Assembly (NCBI GenBank): GCA_002633005.1
Contig: NMRA01000248.1
Span: forward strand, 387,846-451,845
Direction: 5' to 3'
Length of the DNA stretch: 64,000 nucleotides
Source: Phoronis australis
Lineage: Eukaryota; Animalia; Phoronida
Shown here: positions 38,801 to 53,800 of the stretch, piece after piece
How positions within the stretch are numbered: position 1 is the first letter of the stretch
Layout: the number at the start of each line of letters is the position of its first letter
Translations under genes and position numbers: made by a program
Notes under the pieces: model-generated
What the model saw: the letters and a program-made list of their open reading frames with translations, nothing else
Database searches by the model: none
What the model was told of the DNA's origin: nothing

Positions 38801-41800
38801 AAGACAGAAGGGACTGTTTCAACCAACTCAAAATTTCTTATTTACAACATGAGGTTAGGAAAGTAGATTTTATACAAATATGTTCTAGCTTATGGAATTT
38901 GGCTTGTGTTTCATTTTCCAAGAAGTCATGGCATAACTCCCTAGCATAAACCTTTGTTCTATTATGTGGTGTCTGGTCAGTCAAAGCAAATGAATGCTAT
39001 TTACAAGAAGACTTATAAACATTGTTCAGCCAAAAATATTTAAACCAGCATCTCATTCTAGTAACTCATTTAAAGTTAACAGAAGATCTTGTGGCAACAG
39101 GTTTTTGCATTTAAATCACAAGGATCAAAGGAATGTTAATATCAATGGTTTGAACCTCCACATTATCACACAAAATGATAACACTGCCATGGCACTAACA
39201 TTAGCTTAGAAACTAGATTTCATGCACATGCGTTTTAGCTTATTATGGAAAAAAGAATTTGCATTTAAATTCGTTTATTTAATATTTTTTTCAATAGGCA
39301 TACACGATCTATTTATGGAATGACTTTCTTTTATCTAGTATTGCTTCTCTTGTCCTGTCAAAATCTACAGAATTTATAGGAATTAGTGTATCATGAAAAA
39401 CTGCAGTGTTGCTCAACTGGGAGCCAAGCGGTCCACTTACAACTAGCGCCACCTGTTTTCAATGCAAATCCACATTGGACAGCCAATCAAAATGAAATCT
39501 GGTTGTCTGGTTGTGATGTCATTGGTTCTTTTTCAATATTAATGTGGTATTGCATAACGTCATATTCACTAGGAGACACTATTGAAGAATGGTACCCATT
39601 TTGTTTTTCAACTAGACTGAGAATAGACAGCTGGTGATTTAGACTTTAAGTTATCATTGAAACCACTAAATAGGACTACCCACGTCGATCGGAATAAGGA
39701 TGTCCTCAACAACAACTACAGCAAGTTGTACATACTATACTCTAAACAGGACCATTCAAGACCAAAGGTTTCTAGACTAACTAGTTTTTGAAATAATTGA
39801 AGGAGTAAATTGGATCGCTAGACAGATAAGTTTGGGGTTAATGTGTACCATCTTTTGTTAACAAGAACCCTGTGTACCTACATCAGATAGTAGTAAAGCT
39901 GACTTAGAGGAGCCTCAGCCCGGGGGGGGAACTATTCTGTAGAAGGGATCGTTAGGGAGGTGCAGGCAGCTCAGGTAATGGTATTTTACCTTCCCAGGCA
40001 TCACCTCTAGAGAGTGTTTTGGTTTTGCAGTACAGGTTGTACTGTGTTGGGCGGGTAAAGGCAGTTGAGGTAACCAAAAGCGGTATTAGTTTGAGAAGTA
40101 TTTTTCACCGATGTAGTACAACACACCCCAATATTTGGACCAGAGTGCTCTGGGAATATGTACATGATGAAACTTTGTTTAAATCCGACCAATCATAACA
40201 CTACTTCATTATCACATAAAACCTTTATATTACACTGAAAATTTATAAAGAAGTTCTTTAAGCATGTTGGTAAGAAACCTGGATAACCAGCTCCAAAAGA
40301 GAAATAATTTACAATTTCTCTTACATCAAAATCAGATGAGACCATTATCTTTGAGTAAATAACCACTAGAGTCAATTAGTCTTGTGTCAAACCTGAGAGA
40401 AATCACTGTCATTCTTCAACCGCTGTTTTGGCAATGCAAAAATCTATTTTGAGAATGAACACAAATAAAATTCTTCCTGTCAAAACGTTTATTTTTCAAA
40501 AGCAGTGTAACAATTTGAAATTATAAACAGTTGCATAGCCTGAGCCTGTAGAAGGAAATGACAGACAGGCCAACCCCTCCAGCAACTACTGAACCAGACT
40601 AGCATTTCCAGGATGTAGTCTGGTTCACATCTTAGGATCAGTTCTGTCCATGATGCAGTGGTGTACTGGCATAGTGGCACAATTCTGATTGGCCAAAGAG
40701 ATTTTAGGACTTTATACTACTGAGAAATCATGAAGTGTGAAAGGCAGGAGTTTTATGGGGAATTTGCATTCTCAGGCAAAGCACAAAGCAGTCAGCCTCA
40801 CTTTTGGTGACTGTCTAGCAGACACACAGGCGAGAATTGTTGATTTGTAATATAATCGTAAAAACGCAATAATTTTTACTTTGTTCTAGAGCTCTGGTAA
40901 AAGCTAATAAGCACAAGAAGACAACTCTTCCAAAAATAATCCCAAAACAGTTGTAAAGGCATTTCTAGTTGCGGAGAAAAAATGAATTCATTTTAAGCCT
41001 CTTGCAAGTTAGAAACCATTATTACAACATCTACCATTGCTGTTTTTGGCAAAGTTACGACACCTCACTGAGTACGATGTTCACATTTTTATTTACTGGT
41101 GTGAGTTTATTACAAAATTTTATGCGTTAGTTACTATTACTAAAGGTGATAATTAGTACACGTGTTTGCCACAGGTGGGGCAACCTGTCTTATACCACAC
41201 ACAACATTCCCTCCCTACATTCCAACATGGTGTTTCAATTCAAGCAGACTTGTGGAATCAAAAACTACATCCCTACTTATTAAACGCTGGAGGAAAGGTT
41301 TATAAATATACCAAGCGGATACTAGTCAATCCATAGCAAATAAAAATCACATGTTTGTAGTTGGCCAGACAGACTATGTAATAACTGGTGAGCTACTCAT
41401 CATGGATCTAAGGTTGAACCACAGCAGTTCACACTGACCAGAGGTTTGGCTCATGAAAGTAACCTAGACTTAAATAGAAATTTGTATGTGTGTTCCCATT
41501 TCACAACTGCTGAAAAAAGGTTTAGCAATGTAATTAAGGGTGCGACATAGTCTATAATAATTTATATAAATTATCTCAATAACTAAAAGTTACGTGCATA
41601 TTCTCAGGGACTTGGACCTTTTGAGATTTCATTATTTGTCTGAAGTAGTTGTGTGGAACGTAAGACCAATTTTCTGACTTAAGTTTTACATCACTTTTCA
41701 TCAAACAGGCCCCAGTGTCCATGGCTTTAGGCCGCTCCACACTGGTCCACGGCTTTTGGCCGCTCCACACGAGTCCATGGCTTTAGACCGCTACACCAGT

Positions 41801-44800
41801 TTCAAGTGTGGACATAAAATAATACAAATGAGAACTGCAAGAAATAAAAGTTTTTAACTTTTGGATAAAAAACAAAGAAGGTCTCAATATTTGAATAGTG
41901 CAACAATAACAAATGCTGTAAATTAAAAATCTCTAGCATGTCCCTACTTCAGTAACTTTGTGTGACAAAACGGTTACTTTGTGTGACAGTTAATTTGAGT
42001 GACAGTTACTTTGTGTGACAGTTACTTTGTGTGACAGCTACTTTGTGTGACAGTCACTCTGTGTGACAGTCACTCTGTGTGACAGATACTCTGTGTGACA
42101 GTTACTTTGTGTGACAGTTACTTTGTAAGACAGATACTCTGTGTGACAGTTACTCTGTGTGACAGTTACTCTGTGTGACAGTTACTCTGTGTGACAGTTA
42201 CTCTGTGTGACAGTTACTCTGTGTGACAGTTACTTTGTGTGACAGTTACTCTGTGTGACAGTTACTGCTATAGTCCACTTCTACTCATCTGGCAGTACAA
42301 CTTAACGAAATGTTACAAGGTGCAATTTTCTAAAACAATCACGCTAATATAGTTCACTTTTGTTAATTTTCAATTTTCCAAACAAAATTTAACATGACTG
42401 CCACTCAGCTGGGCCCACTGAAATAACTGCATGGAACTCCTTTTATGTATTATTAACATAAAGTTAAAACAAAACTGAAGAGCTAGAGACCTGATTCAAG
42501 AGTCTAGCAGTGTGCCCCAGTGGGACTCGATGGTCTAGCAGTGTGCCCCAGTGGGACTCAAACCCACAACCTTGAGTTAAAGACGTGGAAAAGTATTCTA
42601 CTAGGCCACATTGCCTCCTCAAAAAGAAATAATTAACATGCCTACATATTTAATGAGCACCAACCAACTTATTTAGATAAAGAGTTATCTTGCAACATAT
42701 ATTATCTACCTTTAGTTCCACAGCTCTCCACCAGGTGGCTGGATTGATTGTGTATACTTTTGATGTCAGATCCTCTATAAATTATATGGGGGTGTCCCTC
42801 TGCAGTAGTAGTTGTATGGTTCCACAGAGGCTCAATGAAATACTTCTCTCCTTGTGTATTGAAGAATCCATGCTGAAAATAAAACACCATCACCATCACA
42901 CCGTGATCACACGTACATTGCAAGCGAAATGAAAAAGCAGCCAACTGAGTCTTCATGTTGCTTGGAAACGAGATATGACACTCAGAAAGATGAAATCAGG
43001 GTGCCTTTTCCTCATTGAAGGGGTATGTCTAACCACTGCAAAGTTACAAAACCAGAGCAATGAAAATTGTTACTAGTAGGCATCACTAACCCAGTTTACA
43101 AACAGAAGTTATGACTTTTTCATAAAAGCTATCTGCAAACCCTCAAAACACCATAGCAATGGCTTACCACCTTATTTCTCCTGCTTTGTGTCTGTGGGGA
43201 CAGAACCCCTTTCCCTCTGAATCTGCTCACAAAATCGGTATTTTTTTATCTACACTGTTCTCTACAACTTTTAGAGACTGTGTAGATACTCTAAGGTAGA
43301 GACTGTGTAGATACTCTATGGTAGAGACTGTGTAGATACTCTAAGGTAGAGACTGTGTAGATACTCTAAGGTAGAGACTGTGTAGATACTCTAAGGTAGA
43401 GACTGTGTAGATACTCTAAGGTAGAGACTGTGTAGATACTCTAAGGTAGAGACTGTGTAGATACTCTAAGGTTGAGACTGTGTAGATACTCTAAGGTAGA
43501 GACTGTGTAGATACTCTAAGGTAGAGACTGTGTAGATACTCTAAGGTAGAGACTGTGGCTACAGAGGCATATTTATGTTTTCAATAAGGGAGGGCTTTAG
43601 GATTCATGCAAATCCGAGGCGAGTAGCACCGAAAGGGGCAATATCGGGAGGGGTTTGCCCCCTCCCGTGTAAGAATTTTTGGTTTTCGTAGCTGATTTCG
43701 TTTTCCTGGCGACGTTTTTTCAATTTTAATTTTTGATCCTGTCCCAAGCGGGGAGGTTAAACCCCCTGAATTCCCCTCCCATAGATCCGTCTCTGGGGTA
43801 CTGCCTATTCAACTTTAATTTAACAAAATTTCTGTTTGATCGGAACAATCAACTCACGTACCTCACGTTAGACGCTACTCGTGACTGTCAGTGAAGTGGT
43901 CCTACTTCGATCTCTCAAAAACAGTGGACAGAAATCTCAGACTCAATAGTCGGAACAGCATTCTAGTAGTTTATCATGTGTGTCCAAACATGCTCACTAT
44001 GAATACACACCAAGAGGACAGACAACAAGAAGAGCAATAACCGGAGCTTCCTGAGGCTTTTAGTTTTATTCTATTGTGACAAAAAGTTCAGGTGACACCG
44101 TTTTACTATCTTCTTTGTCTGTATCAGTGAAGAGCGGCCCTTTATTATTGAAGGTACAATTGTGTCAAGCTACCGACATTTTAACACTCGGTGCATAAGA
44201 TTACAGAATCAACGAAAATGTTAATAAAACGAGGGAAGGAAGATATTAACGAGCAAAAACAATCGATGTTCCGTCCACTTTTCACTCAGCCACCGCTTAA
44301 TTGGCTGAAAGAATTTGGAGTTATTTTTATACTCTTTAATTAATGACAGGTCCAGTTGTTCCACTTACCAGAGTGACGTATGCCGGCCAATTTACAAATT
44401 AACATATTTTGAGTGCACCTCCATTATCCCACTTAAGACCTGTTTACGATGAAAACTTTCTTCACTGGTACAGGTACAAGTTAGTATGATAAATGAGGTC
44501 TCTAAAAAGCTCAGACTTTTGACCTTTAAACAAACAGGTAAACAAAATTTTGTTGTCTTTGTTAAGTTTGACCCAGTCTCAAAAAACGATCTAGTTACCT
44601 GACCTTCATCACGCACGCACAAAGTTCCCGGTTGGTTTGCGATGCATTCAGGTATTCAATAGTGGAGCGCCACTGACACCAATAGGACTCCACCCAGAGG
44701 CCAAATTAAAATGAGCATCGTTGTTACATTTCCCGTTTTCCCTCTCATCCCCTGTTTTAGATAATATTATGTAGGACTTAGTTCCTCGCTGATATATTTA

Positions 44801-47800
44801 CCTATTCATCCACAGTTGCCAAAGTGTTTTTTGGTCAAGGAATTAAATTTTTGTGATACCTCTGACGTTAGGAGGCGACGTTGACTTTTATTTCGAGCCC
44901 ATCATAGCTTATGTGAACATGAAAAATAATGACACGTTTCATTTAAGATCACCTGAAACGCGGCGTAGGGTTCTTTAAAGCTGTAGGTATTTATTCGCTT
45001 TGGAATTTGAGAAGTATTTGACCTTCGGTAACATCTGTAACCTGGAGTGACCTCTACGAACGCGTTTTGTTGCTACTGGGTTCGTGTGTTCCTTGACAAA
45101 CCCGTGTTTGTTGCACGCATGAACAAGAACTCATAAGCAGGGGTAGATAAGCGTGGTGGTACGAGTGTTCAGTTTCGAATAACACAAATATTTACGGGAT
45201 TGCAAAATGAATATTTACCACTTCATTCTGGTACGCCAAAATTGCCACGTGTGCGCAAAATAATACAACGTTGGAACGCTATTGGAACATGCACTCTAAA
45301 ACCAGGTGCGTTCAACAAGCATCATACTGAACTCACGTCCGAATCAACACGTAGGAATTACTGGGACTCATGCCAACAGTAGGCCTATCTATGAGGACAC
45401 ACTAAACCCGTACAGGTAATGAATGTCATTCTCACTCCGCAACCTAGTTGCTTAAGTGATTTGACAACACGCAACATTGATCAACCACGAGTACCTAAAT
45501 TTCATTTGTACCTCAATTCAGAAGCGAAAATTAGTTAGCGACCCTAAATCGTCTTCTACAGGTCAAAAACTTGGCTTTCGGAAGACGCATCACATAATGG
45601 AAGTGGACAGAACACAAATTAACTTATATGCGGGTTGTAACTTCGTTTGCTGTCAGTGGTCATGCGGTGATGCGAAGTGACAATTAGAAACCTCAACGTA
45701 TGCTTGTCAGAACACCTTTTTGACTGGACACTGTAATGTTATAGGTCGACAATTAACACACTTTTGTCACGTTGTATTACACCGGATTAGATTCAGGAAC
45801 GTAGACACGAAGATGAGTTCAGATGTGCGATCTCTGTTAGATTTGTCAGCGGGATCACTTTGAGAAAGTTTCCCTACGTTGTTTCATCGTTTTGAGCAAA
45901 AAGCCTGAGAGGACAATATTACTTTCATGGACATGAATAGTTCATTTTAAGGAATTATGACGTGCGGACGTTTAACTGTCAATCGCATTCTAAGAATCCT
46001 CACAAAGGTAACCGAAATATAATTTTCGCAAAACAATTCAAACTGATTATTTATCTCGGCTGGAAACACCTCGAGGTAGTCAGGGGCACAAGACCAGAGG
46101 CGTGACGTCAGAATAAACAAATTATAGACTTCATGTGCAAGAACCAACAAATTAAAGGTAATGGTTTTATTGCCGTGGGCTTCCCACCGGCCGAACAGTT
46201 CAGCGTGACGTAAGTACATATTGTAACAAATTTTTCGATGAAGTCATTTTCCGGGGCACTCACATAATCATTTGATATCTCTTCAGAAGCGTGGCGTCAA
46301 AGTGGTAATAAAGTTATCATCTTTCGAAGCACATTGGTGACATGTAAACAAGTGTTCACCTTTCTTCATGACTCCCTGCCGAGACGCGAGACAAAAGCCA
46401 TATTGTGCGGGAAGCTAGGCATCGCTGCAGCCTATATAACCAGCGTTTTTGTATGTGACATGTGAGATACAAACTACCGGAAACACAAGAAAATTCGCGC
46501 TAATTCGCGACACATTTCGACTCAAACTCCGATTCAAATGTAAAATTCTAACAATGTTTAATTGCACTTTCCTTTTCTCAGCGGCAAGAGACTCCTCCCC
46601 GCGCGCGCATACTGACCGGCCAGTCATTATATGACACACGGATGATGACGTATTAATGACCATGGTTTGTTTTGGCTGCTTATTAATTGGGTACAGAATA
46701 AACACTCCTAGCGGTTGTGGTAACGACTCTTCATTTTCATTGCCATGACACATCGGTGTCCTACGACTATTACAAGTGCGGAACAGGTGGCTTTTACGTT
46801 ATCCAGCTAAGGTTAAGAGCTGTAATGAACAACTCTGCTCAAGTAGCTGAACCTAATTGGGTGCAAATTGTTGTGACACGTTAAGATGACTGGATTTTTA
46901 TGTGTGAGAAAGAACAAAGTCGACAAGTTAGTGGTGGAAAATAATAAATTTACGCTAACAGTACCAGCTAACAAACGCATTCGACACTGGAATCAGCGAG
47001 AAATGCAACCGGATATGCGACTCCAACTAACTTTAAGAATCATATATATTTCTAAAACAAAACGTTTTCACGAACTGGTGTGTGACCACATGTCGACGAA
47101 ATTGCGTTCAACCACAAACTTTGGCTCAATCCCGACATCATGTATCATTATTGACTAAGCATATCTTACGAAAAGGGACCCGACCAATGTGGTTACTCGG
47201 GAGGAAGAACAGATTCGAAACTTCAAAACAAATAATGAAGAAATTGCTCGTTGACGTTCAACGTTATCAGACAAACGTGTGAGGTGACTACCTTTGATTT
47301 TCCCATACTCGATGATTTGGCGGGGTGTGGTAAAAGAGCAGACGATTCTGTCTGGTCTTCTGACGTCGCCGCGTGAAACTTGTAGAAGTTGTAACATTAG
47401 ACAACGACGACTGGTTGATTGTCGCGTGAAGTCGATTGTGATTTTACAGAACTGGGTTGATTTGAACAAGAATGTAGAATTAACAAATGGAAAGTCTCAA
47501 ATCTGTTTGGGGACGCAGTTAATGCATAATTGAATGTGATTGTATGCCTACACGTGACTTGAAGTCAGTTGCAAAATGTAGCGTGCAGAATTTGCAGCTT
47601 GAAAAATACAGCAATTTTAGTTTTGCTNGGCCTATCTATGAGGACACACTAAACCCGTACAGGTAATGTCATTCCCACTCCGAAACCTAGTTGCTTAGGT
47701 GATTTGACAACACGCAACATTGATCAACCACGAGTACCTAAATTTCATTTGTACCTCAATTCAGAAGGGAAAATTAGTTAGCGATCCTAAATCGTCTTCT

Positions 47801-50800
47801 ACAGGTCAAAAACTTGGCTTTCGGAAGACATGTCACATAATGGAAGTGGACAGAACACAAATTAACTTATATGCGGGTTGTAACTTCGTTTGCTGTCAGT
47901 GGTCATGAAGTGATGCGAAGTGACAATTAGAAACCTCAACGTATGCTTGTCAGAACACCTTTTTGACTGGACACTGTAATGTTATAGGTCGACAATTAAC
48001 ACACTTTTGTCACGTTGTATTACACCGGATTAGGTTCAGGAACGTAGACACGAAGATGAGTTCAGATGTGCGATCTCTGTTAGATTTGTCAGCGCGATCA
48101 CTTTGAGTGAGAAAGTTTCCCTACGTTGTTTCATCGTTTTGAGCAAAAAGCCTGAGAGGACTATATTACTTCCATGGACATGAATAGCTCATTTTAAGGA
48201 ATTACGACGTGAGGACGTTTAACTGTCAATCGCATTCTAAGAATCCTCACAAAGGTAACCGAAATATAATTTTCGTAAAACAATTCAAACTGATTATTTA
48301 TCTCGGATGGAAACACCTCGAGCTAGTCAGGGGCACAAGACCAGAGGCGTGACGTCAGAATAAACAAATTACAGGCTTCATGTGCGAGAACCAACAAATT
48401 AAAGGTAATGGTTTTATTGCCGTGGGCTTCCCACCGGCCGAACAGTTCAGAGTGACGTAAGTACATATTGTAACAAATTTTTCGATGAAGTCATTTTCCG
48501 GGGCACTCACATAATCGTTTGATATCTCTTCAGAAGCGTGGCGTCAAAGTGGTAATAAAGTTATCATCGGTCGAAGCACATTGGTGACATGTAAACAAGT
48601 GTTCACCTTTCTTCATGACTCCCTGCCGAGACGCCAGACAAAAGCCACATTGTGCGGGAAGCTTGGCATCGCTGCAGCCTATATAACCAGCGTTCTTGTA
48701 TGTGACATGTGAGATACAAACGACCGGACACACAAGAAAATTCGCGCTAATTCGCGACACATTTCGACTCAAACCCCGATTCAAATGTAAAATTTTAACA
48801 ATGTTTAATTGCACTTCCCTTTTCTCAGCGGCAAGAGACTCCTCCCCGCGCGCGCATACTGACCGGCCAGTCATTATATGACACACGGATGATGACGTAT
48901 TAATGACCACGGTTTGTTTTGGCTGCTTATTAATTGGGTACAGAATAAACACTCCTAGCGGTTGTGGTAACGACTCTTCATTTTCATTGCCATGACACAT
49001 CGGTGTCCTACGACTATTACAAGTGCGGAACAGGTGGCTTTTACGTTATCCAGCTAAGGTTAAGAGCTGTAATGAACAACTCTGCTCAAGTAGCTGAACC
49101 TAATTGGGTGCAAATTGTTGTGACACGTTAAGATGACTGGATTTTTATGTGTGAGAAAGAACAAAGTCGACAAGTTAGTGGTGGAAAATAATAAATTTAC
49201 GCTAACAGTACCAGCTAACAAACGCATTCGACACTGGAATCAGCGAGAAATGCAACCGGATATGCGACTCCAACTAACTTTAAGAATCATATATATTTCT
49301 AAAACAAAACGTTTTCACGAACTGGTGTGTGACCACATGTCGACGAAATTGCGTTCAACCACAAACTTTGGCTCAATCCCGACATCATGTATCATTATTG
49401 ACTAAGCATATCTTACGAAAAGGGACCCGACCAATGTGGTTACTCGGGAGGAAGAACAGATTCGAAACTTCAAAACAAATAATGAAGAAATTGCTCGTTG
49501 ACGTTCAACGTTATCAGACAAACGTGTGAGGTGACTACCTTTGATTTTCCCATACTCGATGATTTGGCGGGGTGTGGTAAAAGAGCAGACGATTCTGTCT
49601 GGTCTTCTGACGTCGCCGCGTGAAACTTGTAGAAGTTGTAACATTAGACAACGACGACTGGTTGATTGTCGCGTGAAGTCGATTGTGATTTTACAGAACT
49701 GGGTTGATTTGAACAAGAATGTAGAATTAACAAATGGAAAGTCTCAAATCTGTTTGGGGACGCAGTTAATGCATAATTGAATGTGATTGTATGCCTACAC
49801 GTGACTTGAAGTCAGTTGCAAAATGTAGCGTGCAGAATTTGCAGCTTGAAAAATACAGCAATTTTAGTTTTGCTGTTTGTGTTCGCAAGAGATAACATTT
49901 TGCTCATTTGACGATATTTGGAGATAAGTGCACTGCAAGTGACGTCACTCGTGTCGATGACACAACAAAATTCCTGTGACGTTTTGTATTGAAATGGAGC
50001 AGAACGGGGGTTTCACAGAACCGTGAAATAAACGACGCTGGTTTCAGTTACGTTCTAGCGAAAACTGAGTAGAACCAACCAACAGTGACGTAAATCTCAA
50101 AAGGTCAAAATTTCCCTGAACGTAGAAAATGTCGGGATTGTCCCTAGCCTTGTGGCTCAGCTGACGAGGATGGCTGTTTAATCGTGTTTAAGGTCTTGAG
50201 GTTAAGTTTACTATTTGTTAGGGACACGGTGATATGATACGGTAACTGCTACAAACATTCGAGTCATTTTGCGAAAAAGGCAGGTCTACCCGGTGATGCG
50301 AATGTCATTCGACGTAATTCTGAGAACACGAAGAATTTTATTTGTAAAATCACAACAACATCTTGGTCACGCAAGATTCTCAGAAGTACACACCCTTCTT
50401 TTAATGGCCAATTCTTCGGTAAAAAACCTAAAACCTATTGGCGGGAGCTGTACGTTTACCGCACCAGATGTCATAAGAACTCGAAGTGCGTTACGTCACA
50501 TAGTATTTGGTGTTAATTTTGCATAATGCTAACGAAACTGTGCCAAATGAAAATCGTTTTTGTTCTCTAACCTTACAAATAACCGCTCTGACATCTGGTA
50601 ATACACAATTAGTTCTAGAGGCATGTTTTGGTGAATTATATATTGTTGAAACCGGGACAGCAATTTCATATTACTCTCTGGTTGAAGTGAGGGGAAGCCA
50701 ACTTCAGATTTCTTTTGTCAAATTTTCCCCACATTTAAGCAAGTATTCTGGTGCTGAACTACGCCACAAGAGACCTAAGTTCCGGATTTAAAATATTTTT

Positions 50801-53800
50801 TTCGGTCTACGATAGATTATAAAAGATTTTTCGTCTAAATTAAAACAAAAAAATTCTTGGAGCAGGAAAGGTTTACAAGATATGCACGTCTATCTCTATC
50901 TCTTCATCAAAACGTCAAGTACACGATTTCAATATATTTAAAGTTGCTTCTCGTGCAGTTTTAAGTCGAAAGATTGTACACGTTATTGTGTTTTGTCAAT
51001 GTCTAGTGCGTCGTGTGTTTGTCATACGGCACACGAGTGAACTCTGCTCAACAATGCCTGAACAGCTTAAGCGCCGTCGGCATGCAAAGTGTGACTTGAA
51101 CCGCGTAACGTTTATTTAATAGAATACTTTCAACAAACTTGAGTAAACTTGGTAACAGATAGGTGTATTCTCCAAACACGTGTTCCTATAATCTACAAGT
51201 CTCGGACAGGTAAACGTTTTGAAGCCGCTTTGCATACCGACAACGACTCCTAGATGCCAGCAGCGTGCACTGTGAAATTCCGAAAAAGATTAGAAACTGT
51301 CCTGGTCAACATCAGATATAACGAGGGACCGCGAACTGACATTAAATCTGACCAACGGCTAGATTTGAACATTTCCTTTTTTTCATTGTATTTGTATTTG
51401 TTTTTGAAAATCGGCACAGATGAGGCGTTTTTCAGTGATGGCATTTCAAGCACCATAGCAAGATGCGAGACCATCAGTTGCTGTCTCTGTAAACGTTGCC
51501 GACACGTTGCACAGCTCGTTTACAATAATAAATACGCAACCTTGAAAAATCGTTGGTTATAATGATATTATTCCCAGAGTGAGTCTTTTTCATTACACTC
51601 ACGCACTGGGGCATCTTTGTAAGAAGAGACTTTGCCATGGCAGTGAGACACGAACCACGAAGAAATGTGCCCCGCGGCTCGTCAATGGACCAGCTATCCT
51701 CATCATCCAGTTACACCACAAAGCAAACAGAAAGTTCCGAACTTATTGTAAACCCCAAAAACCTTTTTGAATGAAATGAGAACCACGCTTCCGTGAAAGC
51801 TCAAAGCTCCCTATTAGAGGAACAACAAAAGCGGAACAAAAACAGAATGGTCGCATTCCAGAGCCCATTCGTTGACAGTATTAATTAGGACGATCAGAGA
51901 AAGGAATTATTAGATAAATCCACATTACATTCGCTATAGGGATGGTGGAGTCGGCTATCTGTTCTTGGCGCAAAGTGCATTACGCACCACTTTCAGCTGT
52001 TGGAAGTTGGCATACTAAATGAAAGGCAAGGATGTGGACCAAAAACTTCATTTTCACAACACGGTCTGCCTGTTCAAGAGGATAATCTACTTTCTTTACG
52101 ACGAGACGTATGCATGTATACTATGAACATTCCTGTCAAATTTATGTTATATGATTTATACTTGAGACATCTAGCACATGTACCCTGGTCGTGTACTGAG
52201 GCGTTCGTTGGCGTCATCGGGCACGATGATATAATTGGCAGGTGTTAAATATTCCAATGATTTATATTTAGCCGGATGATGACCAATAAGGCCGAACAGT
52301 TTATTTGTTGCTCAGATCATCTGAAATTTGTCCTAAGTGTCTTTAACCCAAAGCAGCTAAATTTGCTCTGAAGATTAACACAACCGTTGTNCCCTATTGG
52401 AGGAACAACAAAAGCGGAACAAAAAGAGAATGATCGCATTCCAGAGCCCATTCGTTGACAGTATTAATTAGGACGATCAGAGAAAGGAATTATTAGATAA
52501 ATCCACATTACATTCGCTATAGGGATGGTGGAGTCGGTTATCTGTTCTTGGCGCAAAGTGCATTACGCACCACTTTCAGCTGTTGGAAGTTGGCATACTA
52601 AATGAAAGGCAAGGACGTGGACCAAAAACTTCATTTTCACAACACGGTCTGCCTGTTCAAGAAGACAATCTACTTTCTTTACGACAAGACGTATGCATGT
52701 ATACTATGAACATTCCTGTCAAATTATTGTTATATGATTTATACTTGAGACATCTAGCACATGTACCCTGGTCGTGTACTGAGGCGTTCGTTGGCGTCAT
52801 CAGGCAAGATGATATAATTGGCAGGTGTTAAATATTCCAATGATTTATATTTAGCCGGATGATGACCAATAAGGCCGAACAGTTTATTTGTTGCTCAGAT
52901 CATCTGAAATTTGTCCTAAGTGTCTTTAACCCAAAGCAGCTAAATTTGCTCTGAAGATTAACACAACCGTTGTTGACTTAGGAAAACCCTTTGATCGCAT
53001 CGCTCATCCGACAATCGAAATAGCGATTGGTTCCGAAGAATTTTTGCACATCAGATTCAGAAACACACTTCTCTTGGGAGGGCCCACAACTCTTTAAAGA
53101 TACTTTCACGTTATTTAACGGGAAGGAAACACTTAACAATCACACAAAAGAGTTGCAAAGTACAGTAACCAAACCGCAGATATCAGGATTCGCGATTTCA
53201 TCAAATCTCACGTGCGTGTCAACTGGGGATGTGACGCATATAAGGGCACAGTACACTGCAAGACGTAATTAGATATTGTGAGAAATGAATGATTCACGTT
53301 TTGTAGAGACACTTCGCCAATTCACTTAAAACTGACTCAGTGCGGTTGGGTGGTTTATGAAACGAAAAAAATTGTCAAAGAGTAACCCACAACCGAAGCC
53401 AATGTAATTTGCATATTCATGCATTTGTGTCTGTACCAAACTGCAGGTACTGATTCTAAACTCACCGCTAAACTGAGACATTATTGTCAATTTAGGCATT
53501 TAAAAAGTCACCGAGCCAAAAATCACAAATTCTACATTCTGGAAGACGCAATAGACAAAATACTTCCCTTCAAAAGAGTGTATCCTTCCTACATATGTCC
53601 TAAATGTGAAATAACGATATTTTATTCACTTGATAGCGAAATTTTTCTATTATCAAAACAAAATCAAGAGATCAGCTGTGAATGTTATGAAGTAGTGGAT
53701 GGGTAGCGAAAACTGACACTTCTTGTATGGTCGGTTTGAGGATGGAAATTTCTACGTGTTATTAAAATGTTTGAAACATATCTCTATAATTTGCGTTTTA

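Noticed and set aside
39919-39990. CCCGGGGGGGG-headed non-autonomous transposon end
   Set aside because: It resembles a common invertebrate MITE terminus, but no matching opposite end was found, so it is not annotated.
41952-42266. 16-bp array as CRISPR or iterons
   Set aside because: No spacers; it is an ordinary minisatellite.
42534-42616. Functional tRNA gene
   Set aside because: A- and B-box-like motifs are present but the cloverleaf stems do not form; treated as a SINE head.
43272-43557. 25-bp repeat array as a CRISPR array
   Set aside because: Units are head-to-tail with no unique spacers, there are no cas genes, and it lies in a eukaryotic intron.
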